A DNA stretch of 31,943 nucleotides from an uncultured Parabacteroides sp. GTDB taxonomy: Bacteria; Bacteroidota; Bacteroidia; Bacteroidales; Tannerellaceae. The position numbers and the translations under genes are program-made. The DNA lies in assembly GCF_900552465.1 (NCBI RefSeq), contig NZ_URZO01000047.1; one strand, given 5' to 3'. Positions 17,102-24,314 of the stretch are shown here, piece by piece (the stretch's first letter is position 1; every line of letters begins with the position of its first letter). The notes beneath the pieces are model-generated. The model did no database searches. It was not told where the DNA came from and saw nothing but the letters and a program-made list of their open reading frames with translations.

Positions 17102-17626
17102 CTATTTCTGATTGTATTTGATTGTATCGAATATCCTGCTGACCAGATAGGTCTGCTTTTTCCATTTTCTCTCTTTTAGCGTATAATGGATCTCTTTCCG
17201 GCTGGTATACAGGCAGATGTCATAAGGCTGTTGCATAGCATAAAAAGAAACGAATAGGTTATAAGGTATCTTGACCGTAGCACGATGTATCCAGGTTGCC
17301 TTTTTAGGCTGGACGAAAAGCATTTCGGCTTTACCTTTGTATAGGGTTTGTCCGTCTGCCGATAAAAAGAATATTGTTTCGGTTTTGCATAGCTCCTTAT
17401 TAATATATGTGTAGGAAAAGAGGATGGAATCGTTTGCCGTGAAATAGGTCAGGTCGTACTCCAGTCCTTTTTTTGCCGTATTGTCCGTACTGCTGAAACC
17501 CTTCTGTGGAAAAATGAAATAGAGGATTCCATTTTCCTGGGGGAGGAAAGAATAGTCTTTGTTTAGCTTCTGTGCCGATATAGGTATTGCAAATAGCAAA
17601 CCGATGATGAAAATGATATATTTCAT
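17102..17626 (-). CDS. Secreted hypothetical protein (174 aa)
   Basis: Signal peptide MKYIIFIIGLLFAIPISAQ. Y/F-rich and predicted to be beta-rich. I recognise no family. Confidence 0.55.
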   Translation of the reverse strand: MKYIIFIIGLLFAIPISAQKLNKDYSFLPQENGILYFIFPQKGFSSTDNTAKKGLEYDLTYFTANDSILFSYTYINKELCKTETIFFLSADGQTLYKGKAEMLFVQPKKATWIHRATVKIPYNLFVSFYAMQQPYDICLYTSRKEIHYTLKERKWKKQTYLVSRIFDTIKYNQK

Positions 17627-17650
17627 TTTTTGCAGATAATGTTATATATA

Positions 17651-17684
17651 AAGGATATCCGCTTAGTGAAAAGCAGATATCCTT
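17651..17684 (-). terminator. Hairpin downstream of the TRL-like lipoprotein gene
   Basis: aaggatatccgctt (17651-17664) pairs with aagcagatatcctt (17671-17684), a 14-bp stem with one G-U pair and loop agtgaa. It begins 13 nt after the stop of gene 17697-18005 on the minus strand. Confidence 0.45.
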
Positions 17685-17696
17685 TCGTTTGGGTGA

Positions 17697-18005
17697 TTAT
17701 TCTCCGTAGACAATTGTCTCGTAAGTAGTGTAAATACCTAAGATGGTATAATCCCGTTTGTCTACGTGGCTAACTCGTGTGATACCTGCATTTTTTGCCG
17801 CAGTCTGGTAGCTTGCATCACCAATCGCAACCAATCCTAGAATACCCATGGCTGACGAACGTCCTACTTTCTGAGCAACTCTATTACCCGTAACATCTTG
17901 TCCTGAAGTTACATCAGTGTAAGCAACTCCCATAACAGGTGAGGAGGTTACGCCACAACTTGTCAGCATGGCGCATGCACATAGTGCTAAAAACAACTTT
18001 TTCAT
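17697..18005 (-). CDS. TRL-like family lipoprotein (102 aa)
   Basis: Lipobox LTSCG. The size and sequence (...MGILGLVAIGDASYQTAAKNAGITRVSHVD...) resemble the Bacteroides TRL-like protein family as I recall it. Confidence 0.6.
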   Translation of the reverse strand: MKKLFLALCACAMLTSCGVTSSPVMGVAYTDVTSGQDVTGNRVAQKVGRSSAMGILGLVAIGDASYQTAAKNAGITRVSHVDKRDYTILGIYTTYETIVYGE

Positions 18006-18076
18006 TGTAGTGTGTATGTTTTACTGTTACCCTTCTCTTAACAGTTTTGTTTATGATTAACCGGAGAGGCGGTTCT

Positions 18077-18982
18077 TTATTCGAATAGTTGGAACCAGAT
18101 CGCTTTCATTCCCGTGTAGTTGCCTATGCGGTCGTCTGTCTTTCCCGTAAGCAGATTTCTCCTTTCTGTTTTACCTTTGTCAAGGATCGCTATTATCTGC
18201 CGGTCATTATTGAAAACGAGGATGTATGAACGTTCGGGAGCAGTCATGCTTTTTATTGTTCCATATATGATTTTATTATTTTCTTTGAGCTGTGCCAGCG
18301 AGTTGTTTAGCTCGTCTGAATTTTTGCATTGGATAATTTGTTGTATGGGCTGAGGATATCCGGCGGCATCGGCAACAGTTGTTTGGGGGTGTGTCGCCGG
18401 TTTTTCAGGTGTACTGCTGCTTTCAACCGGCTTGTTTTCAGCCGGCTTTGATATTACAGCCGATTCTTCTTCTGTCTTCTTTTCTTCTTCAGCCTTTTCT
18501 TCTTTCTTTAAATTGAAAGACCGTTCAAATCCTTCTTGTGCATAATTTTTGGTGGCTTCTGCATCAATCGGAGGATTAGATGAAATGGAAGGTGTATTTG
18601 TGTTTTCTTCCTTCTTCACTACTTCTTCCGTGATCAGGAAGTCCGCGGCAAGTTCCTTTGTATGTATATAGCAGAATATGCGTGGCTTATCGCCATCTAA
18701 CTCTATGATATCGGCATTATATACCGTGTTTTCAATAGAGACAGGATCTATTATCTGTTTTTTCTCCTTTAGCCAAGCTGTCGCTTTTGACAGTAAAGCC
18801 TTTTTTGCAGCATCTTCGGCATCTCCCCATGATTGGGCTTCACTTTCCGTATAAATATATTCGGCATTGTTTTTTATGCTTTTGATTTGCTCGCTCTCTG
18901 GTTGTTGGGCGAAAAGAGGGTTTGCTGAAAAAAGTAAATAAAGCAAAAGTCCCAGTAATGTGTTCGATTTAATCGTTTTCAT
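18077..18982 (-). CDS. Secreted protein with an acidic/lysine-rich low-complexity central region (301 aa)
   Basis: Signal peptide MKTIKSNTLLGLLLYLLFSANPLFAQQ. The central region KKEEKAEEEKKTEEESAVISKPAENKPVESSSTPEKPATHPQT is low-complexity. It is the first gene of the minus-strand cluster, next to the 560-bp divergent intergenic region. Confidence 0.6.
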   Translation of the reverse strand: MKTIKSNTLLGLLLYLLFSANPLFAQQPESEQIKSIKNNAEYIYTESEAQSWGDAEDAAKKALLSKATAWLKEKKQIIDPVSIENTVYNADIIELDGDKPRIFCYIHTKELAADFLITEEVVKKEENTNTPSISSNPPIDAEATKNYAQEGFERSFNLKKEEKAEEEKKTEEESAVISKPAENKPVESSSTPEKPATHPQTTVADAAGYPQPIQQIIQCKNSDELNNSLAQLKENNKIIYGTIKSMTAPERSYILVFNNDRQIIAILDKGKTERRNLLTGKTDDRIGNYTGMKAIWFQLFE

Positions 18983-19059
18983 ATATGCTTATTGTGTATG
19001 TTTTATATAAATACAATTTGTTTCTGTAATAGTATTTGTCGTATACCCTTTGTTTGTGA

Positions 19060-19067
19060 CAAAAGTA
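19060..19067 (-). promoter_or_regulatory. Candidate -7 element (TActTTTG on the minus strand) for the minus-strand secreted-protein cluster
   Basis: The plus strand reads CAAAagTA at 19060-19067, about 75 nt upstream of the 18982 start codon. No clean -33 TTTG was seen. Confidence 0.3.
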
Positions 19068-19307
19068 TTGTCTTAATTTTAGAAAAAACTTGTTCTATAT
19101 TAAGACTTTTCTGGAGACGTAGAAGAATCAGACTTACCGTTATGGTTTTGTGACATCATAAGTATGATTTGCCAAAACCATACTTATGGCTATAATCTTC
19201 AATCAGCATAACGCTACAGCCTTTCTTATCTATTATTGAATTGCCAGTATTTGGCTGAATCGATACTTAGAATCAGACAAATGATTGTCTGACTCTTTTT
19301 AAGTTTT

Positions 19308-19339
19308 TTTGTAAACTTCATTTATTTGCACTATTTTTG
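19308..19339 (+). promoter_or_regulatory. Candidate Bacteroides sigma-A promoter (TTTG-N20-TAttTTTG) for the plus-strand sigma/caspase operon
   Basis: TTTG at 19308-19311 and TATTTTTG at 19332-19339 are separated by 20 nt, which matches the Bacteroides -33/-7 consensus geometry. The 5'UTR to the 19542 ATG would be about 195 nt. Confidence 0.4.
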
Positions 19340-19541
19340 TCACCTGAATAAACCGTAAAAGCGGAATATGAAAATACTGCACTATTTGATATCCTTTTTT
19401 GCAAATAAATAGGGGATGTACAGTTACTGATCCGGAGACTTCGGGAGGCAAACGTTCCCCACGTAAGCTTTCCTTTGTTACGGTATCGATTCCGACCATC
19501 CGGATACGACCGGATTGAAAATCGATTTAAGATAGATAGAA

Positions 19542-20384
19542 ATGATTAAAAGAGTTATATTTATATTGACTGTATTCTTTTTAATAGGAGTTCGACTTCA
19601 TGCACAGCGTATTACAAACGTTCGTTTTGAGCCTTTCGGGCGGGCGGTACGAGTTCATTATACACTGAGCCGCCTGCCGTTTGATTCGTTTGCGGCTTTG
19701 AACCTGTATGTCAGTACCAATGGAGGGGAGAGTTTTACCGATCCTTTGATACAGGTACAGGGAGACATCGGGAAGGTTGGGACGAATGGGGAGAAGACGG
19801 TTATCTGGCAGGCGGTGGACGAGATGGGGCAATTGGACGGGCAAATTGTCTTTGAGCTGCGGGGAGAAGTGGTGAAGGAAAAACAGGAGATGGAAAACCT
19901 GCTGATGTATAATGTTTCCGGCTCGTCTTGTTTTGGCCTGATGTATGGACGTGTGGCCCGCTGGGGCGGTTATGTGAGGGGGAAGACGAATTTCTCGTTT
20001 GAGGATGCTCCTTATACTTGTGATGACTCTGGCGTTTTCAATTATAAAGGAGAAACTGATTATTATGTAGTAGACAAGACCGTGAAACGGAGCCGGCTGG
20101 GAATAACGGGCGGAGTACTGTACCGGCCTGCCGGTTTTCTTTATTTGTATGTCGGAGCCGGTTACGGATATCGGCGTTTGATGTGGCACGCGGAAACGTT
20201 TGACTATTCGGACGGGCAACGGACTGGTGATTTGTGGGCTGTCAATACGCAAAACAGTGCTGATGGTGTTGAGGCTGAGTTAGGAGGTATTTTCCGGTAT
20301 AAGAAACTTGCTGTATCTTTGGGTATGAATACAGTCGGATTCTCTTTCTTTGAAGTAAACGGCGCAGTCGGATTCTTTTTTTAA
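19542..20384 (+). CDS. Predicted outer-membrane (beta-barrel-like C-terminus) protein, paralog 2
   Basis: Signal peptide MIKRVIFILTVFFLIGVRLHAQ. The C-terminus ...VNGAVGFFF is aromatic. It is a paralog of 13439-14293 (TCDDSGV, RSRLGITGGVL, VGAGYGYR, GVEAELG). The gap to the sigma-factor gene is 10 nt. Confidence 0.65.
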   Translation: MIKRVIFILTVFFLIGVRLHAQRITNVRFEPFGRAVRVHYTLSRLPFDSFAALNLYVSTNGGESFTDPLIQVQGDIGKVGTNGEKTVIWQAVDEMGQLDGQIVFELRGEVVKEKQEMENLLMYNVSGSSCFGLMYGRVARWGGYVRGKTNFSFEDAPYTCDDSGVFNYKGETDYYVVDKTVKRSRLGITGGVLYRPAGFLYLYVGAGYGYRRLMWHAETFDYSDGQRTGDLWAVNTQNSADGVEAELGGIFRYKKLAVSLGMNTVGFSFFEVNGAVGFFF

Positions 20385-20394
20385 TACGGGGTAA

Positions 20395-21570
20395 ATGACG
20401 GTACGGGAAGTGATAACAGAATTGATCCGGAAGGAGTGTGAAGCATATCAACTGATAAGGCTCGGTTTGATTTCTTCTGTCGAAGAGGGGGTAGAACGGT
20501 TATTGCCATTATTCGGGACGGTCGATTCTTCTGTCTTTAACGATTTTACCCGGTTTTCAGCCTGGCGTAAAGAGATTCTATTCTCCTTTTATAAACAACT
20601 GGACTATGCCGGTTTTATTCGTAGGGAAGGATCGGATGCACCTTTCAGACGTTTTCTGTTTTATTTAAAGAAGCGGATTACAGGATCTCTGCGTGAACAG
20701 TGTAAAGAGCCTACTATTGACAAAGATCTGGCTGTCCCGCCGGAGACGCTTGCTTTTAAGCTGTCGGTAATGCTGGAAGAAGAACTGTTCGCGAATGAGA
20801 AACTCCGGTTCTTCTCGGCCGACAGTCCGGCACAGGTGGAAGAACTATGCCGGGAGTCGTGCCGGAATTGCTTTCCGGTCGGTTTGCAAGATTTACTTGT
20901 CCGGTTAAAGAAAGATGATCCGGAGTTTTGGGATAGTTTATATCTGAAAATAAAAAAGATAGCCCAAAATGTCACATCTTGGCAATCTGTATCAATACAA
21001 TATAGAAAGGAGATTTTACAGGATACTTGGAGTGATACTTCTCTGTTGTTGCACGATAAGGTGACGGTAGATGATATTCCGGTGTTTGAAACCTCTCTGC
21101 ATTTTCGTAATTATATAGCCCGTATTTGTCTGAATAAGTGCAGGGAAGCGGTCCGGAAACATAATCTTCCGGATATTTCGCTGACTGCTACGGGAGAGAT
21201 ACCTGCCGATACGTTTCTGTCTCCGGAAGAGGATATTCCGGAGATTTGTTTGCAGGAAAATGGTCTTGTGGATATCGATTGTGAAAATGAAGAAGAAGTC
21301 GGGCGTAGTCTTACTCTTATTTTGTGGGACAAACTCGAACCCTGGTATACAGAGCTAACCAGCGGGATAGAGGAAAAGACGGAGCTGATATTCCTCCATT
21401 ATGTCGAAGGATTATCGTATGAGGCGATTGCTGCGGCAAAGGGGGCGGATTTGTCAAGTGAAGAACGGAACCGGCTGGCAGGTAAGCTGAGGCAGGATGC
21501 GGTTCGTGCTCGTCGTATTTTAAGGCAGCGTTTTGTCGTACTTTTGAAAAACAATAAAAGGCATGGGTGA
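20395..21570 (+). CDS. ECF-type sigma-70 family protein with a ~190-aa N-terminal extension
   Basis: Region-2-like segment ...YRKEILQDTWSDTSLLL...LHFRNYIARICLNKCREAVRK. Region-4 HTH TELIFLHYVEGLSYEAIAAAKGADLSSEERNRLAGKLRQDAVRARRIL. The N-terminal extension has no family I recognise. Its 3' end overlaps the next gene by 8 nt. Confidence 0.6.
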   Translation: MTVREVITELIRKECEAYQLIRLGLISSVEEGVERLLPLFGTVDSSVFNDFTRFSAWRKEILFSFYKQLDYAGFIRREGSDAPFRRFLFYLKKRITGSLREQCKEPTIDKDLAVPPETLAFKLSVMLEEELFANEKLRFFSADSPAQVEELCRESCRNCFPVGLQDLLVRLKKDDPEFWDSLYLKIKKIAQNVTSWQSVSIQYRKEILQDTWSDTSLLLHDKVTVDDIPVFETSLHFRNYIARICLNKCREAVRKHNLPDISLTATGEIPADTFLSPEEDIPEICLQENGLVDIDCENEEEVGRSLTLILWDKLEPWYTELTSGIEEKTELIFLHYVEGLSYEAIAAAKGADLSSEERNRLAGKLRQDAVRARRILRQRFVVLLKNNKRHG

Positions 21571-21991
21571 TTGTAAAGAACATAAAGATAGGCAGTTGCG
21601 GGATTATTTCCTGAACAGGCTGAGTCTGGAAGAAACGGAAATCTTCCAGTTTCATCTGCTCCATTGTGAGGCTTGCCGGATAAAGCTGGAACGTATGCGG
21701 CGGCTGGCGCATGAAGAAGAGACAGAATCTGTTTCCGCATTCGATGCGGAAAAGTCAAACGCTAAAAAACATCGTTTGACTTTCTCCGTCTTTACCCGTG
21801 TGGCTGCGGTTGCCGGCTTGCTTGTGTTACTGGCGGGTGGTGGTTATTATTTTACACATATTCCATCGGATGAAGGCTTGCATTTGGAGATGAATGAGCC
21901 GCCTGTTTTTCATTCGGGCGATTCCGTAGTGATTGACACGGACAGTACGGTTGTCGACAAGAAAGAGAAGGAGGTACAAGATGCGGAGTAA
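21563..21991 (+). CDS. Zinc-finger (zf-HC2 / ZAS-type) anti-sigma factor, single-pass membrane protein
   Basis: FQFHLLHCEACR carries the H-x3-C-x2-C motif. A TM helix VFTRVAAVAGLLVLLAGGGYYF and a short extracytoplasmic tail follow. Its start overlaps the sigma gene (ATGGGTGA) and its end overlaps the next gene by 11 nt. Confidence 0.6.
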   Translation: MGDCKEHKDRQLRDYFLNRLSLEETEIFQFHLLHCEACRIKLERMRRLAHEEETESVSAFDAEKSNAKKHRLTFSVFTRVAAVAGLLVLLAGGGYYFTHIPSDEGLHLEMNEPPVFHSGDSVVIDTDSTVVDKKEKEVQDAE

Positions 21992-22955
21992 ATGGATTTT
22001 CCTGTTCGTTTTGTTATGCCTGTTTGCCTGTAAGTCCCGGCAACCGGAAAATGGAACTGTACGGATTGCGAAAGACGAGCAATTGCAGGAAGCAAGCCGC
22101 CAGTTGCTAACCGAAGGTTACCGGACACTGGCCGGAAAGCTGCCATTGGAAGAACAGCTTGCTGAATCCTGGCGTTATCAGCGGGAAAAAGATGCCGGGG
22201 GAGAAGCTCGTTTTTTTGTTGTCTCGGTCCGGTCGAAAGGTGATAGTTTTGATGCGGCCCGTATGCAGGCGGAAAGTCTGGCGAAAGTACAATTGGCCGG
22301 GTTGATGGAAACGCGTGTCGGGCAGCTTGTGACGAACCGGATGGAAACTTCGGACGGGAATACGGTGATGCAGACTATTGCAAGTAGCAAGAATCTGGTT
22401 ACGACACGGCTATCCAATCTTTACCCTCTGATGGAAGTGTATAAGGATTGTCCGGACGGAAGCGTTGAAGTCCAGCTGGTAATGGGATGCGACCGGAGAT
22501 GGGCAAGCGAGATTGCCTGGGCTGTCATTTCGGCCGAGGCAGCGCAACATTCTTCCAGGTCCGGTTCATTTAGCTTTACTCTGACAGGATTGAATAATAC
22601 GTATCGCGCGGGTGAATCATTACGTTTTTCCCTGACGGCGGGACAGGATTGCTATTATCATCTGTTTATATTTGATGCTGCAGGTGTTGACCTGTTGTAT
22701 CCGGGTGAATATGAAGAACGTTCTCTTTTTCTAAAAGGTGTGGAGTATTCCTTTCCGCGAAGCCAGTGGGTTGCCTATAGTGTAGAGAAAGGGAATCGTC
22801 CGGCCCGTTATGAGCAGAATATATTGTTGGTAGTCGCTACGCGGGATGATATTCCTTATACCGGTGAAATGACAGTCAGCAGTGTCCTGGGATGGTTGCG
22901 CCGTGTTCCGGAAGGGCAGAAGAGCGAGCAGTATTTTTCTTTTCTTTCTGAATAG
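21981..22955 (+). CDS. Lipoprotein with an LPP20-like region and a C-terminal DUF4384-like domain
   Basis: Start at MRSKWIFLFVLLCLFACKS with lipobox LFAC. The middle region (AESLAKVQLAGLMETRVGQLV...) is LPP20-like. The C-terminal GESLRFSLTAGQDCYYHLFIFDAAGVDLLYPGEYEERSLFLKGVEYSFP resembles the DUF4384 domain, which commonly sits next to caspase-domain proteins. This is a recollection, not a search result. Confidence 0.5.
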   Translation: MRSKWIFLFVLLCLFACKSRQPENGTVRIAKDEQLQEASRQLLTEGYRTLAGKLPLEEQLAESWRYQREKDAGGEARFFVVSVRSKGDSFDAARMQAESLAKVQLAGLMETRVGQLVTNRMETSDGNTVMQTIASSKNLVTTRLSNLYPLMEVYKDCPDGSVEVQLVMGCDRRWASEIAWAVISAEAAQHSSRSGSFSFTLTGLNNTYRAGESLRFSLTAGQDCYYHLFIFDAAGVDLLYPGEYEERSLFLKGVEYSFPRSQWVAYSVEKGNRPARYEQNILLVVATRDDIPYTGEMTVSSVLGWLRRVPEGQKSEQYFSFLSE

Positions 22956-22963
22956 ATGCGGGT

Positions 22964-24301
22964 ATGAAGAAAAGTCTGTCCTTATATGGTTGGTTGCTGA
23001 TCGTTTGCCTGTGGAGTGCCGGGCATACGGAAGCGGTCATTGCCCAAGTAAGTGCGGATGACGATTTTGAAAATTATTTATCTGCTATAGAAGAAGATTT
23101 TTATACTTTTCAAGATAGCATAAACCGTGATTTTGCCGATTATCTGGAACAGGCATGGCAGGAGTTTACGGTGTATGAAGGAACGGAACCTCCCGTGTAT
23201 GCAGGGGGTGGTGATCCTGCTCCGGCACCCGCCCGGACGGTACGGAGTCATGCGGCGGGCAGTCTTCATGACACCTTTTTCGGGTGCACCTTGCAACTGC
23301 CGGTTTTACCGGCGAAGTCTTTGTCTCTGTCCGGATCGTCTGAAAAGGTGGTGGCAGACGGGTGGCGGAAGTTGGCTACTGAAGATTTTACTTCTTTTTT
23401 CGGCGCTTACCGGAAGTATTCCCGGAAGCTACATCTGAATGACTGGGGTAATTATCAGTTGCTAAAGTATATCAGCCAACAGCAATATGCATCATTTTCT
23501 CAGCAGGAACAGATCTTGTTCTTATTCTATGTATTAAGTAACGCCGGTTACAGGGTGAAAATCGGTAGGGCGGGGGAAACATCTCTGGTTTTGCTGCTCC
23601 CTTTTATCGAAGAGGTTTACAGGCTTCCGTTTATTCGGGTGGGAGAAGAGAAATATTATGTGTTGGATACTGGTTCGGAACGTTTGAAGAAACTTTATTC
23701 TATTGCTTCCGATTATCCGAAGGCGGAGAATATTATATCTTTGAAGATACGGGAGGCATTAGTGTTTCCGGAAAATAACGTAAAGCATATAAACCGGAAT
23801 CTGCTTGATTTCTATGCAACGTATCCGCTTTGTGATTTATCGGTTTATTTCTGTTCGCTCCCTTCCGCGGCTTTTGCCGGATATATGGATACGGTTGTAA
23901 AGAAGAATCTGGAAGGCAGGTCAAGCCCGGAGCAGATCGCGTGGCTGCTGGATTTTGTTCAACAGAAGTTTACTCATAAACCAGATGTAGAGGTACATGG
24001 TTCTGAGGTCTATTATTTTCCGGAAGAAACGGCTTTTTATCCGTATGCGGATTGTGAAGATTTATCTGTATTTTTGTCTTGGTTGGTGAGACGGTATGTG
24101 ACCGGTGAAGTGTTGACCTTGTATTATCCTGCTCATGTGGCTCTTGCTGTTGAAAGTGGTGACGGATATAAAGGTGAGGTTCTGAAGTTCCGGAATAAAG
24201 AATACGTGATTTGCGATCCGTCTTATAGAGGAGCAGCACCGGGAAAAGTGATACCGGCTTGTGCTTCTTTGAAGCCTGTTATTGTTTCGTATTTCAAATA
24301 A
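22964..24301 (+). CDS. Secreted protein with a C-terminal transglutaminase-like (papain-fold Cys-His-Asp) signature
   Basis: Signal peptide MKKSLSLYGWLLIVCLWSAGHTEA. The C-terminal ...YPYADCEDLSVFLSWLVRRYVTGEVLTLYYPAHVALAV...EYVICDPSY has Cys, His and Asp in the order and spacing of transglutaminase-like cysteine peptidase cores. This rests on motif-level inference only. Confidence 0.5.
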   Translation: MKKSLSLYGWLLIVCLWSAGHTEAVIAQVSADDDFENYLSAIEEDFYTFQDSINRDFADYLEQAWQEFTVYEGTEPPVYAGGGDPAPAPARTVRSHAAGSLHDTFFGCTLQLPVLPAKSLSLSGSSEKVVADGWRKLATEDFTSFFGAYRKYSRKLHLNDWGNYQLLKYISQQQYASFSQQEQILFLFYVLSNAGYRVKIGRAGETSLVLLLPFIEEVYRLPFIRVGEEKYYVLDTGSERLKKLYSIASDYPKAENIISLKIREALVFPENNVKHINRNLLDFYATYPLCDLSVYFCSLPSAAFAGYMDTVVKKNLEGRSSPEQIAWLLDFVQQKFTHKPDVEVHGSEVYYFPEETAFYPYADCEDLSVFLSWLVRRYVTGEVLTLYYPAHVALAVESGDGYKGEVLKFRNKEYVICDPSYRGAAPGKVIPACASLKPVIVSYFK

Positions 24302-24314
24302 AGGAAGGAGAAGA

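Noticed and set aside
18006-18076. Short inverted repeats (ctgtta/taacag; aaccg/cggtt) between the TRL-like gene and the upstream secreted-protein gene
   Set aside because: The stems are only 5-6 bp without a convincing U-tract. They may contribute to weak termination, but I did not consider them strong enough to list as a feature.
19581-20252. 223-aa ORF antisense to the OMP-like gene 19542-20384
   Set aside because: The Pro/Arg/His-rich low-complexity product is characteristic of antisense reading of a G/Y-rich coding strand. The sense gene has a signal peptide and a paralog, which support the sense frame.
21317-21758. Minus-strand ORFs of 131 and 119 aa across the sigma/anti-sigma junction
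   Set aside because: They are antisense to two translationally coupled genes with recognisable sigma-4 and zf-HC2 motifs, and their products are Pro/Ala/Arg-rich antisense artefacts.
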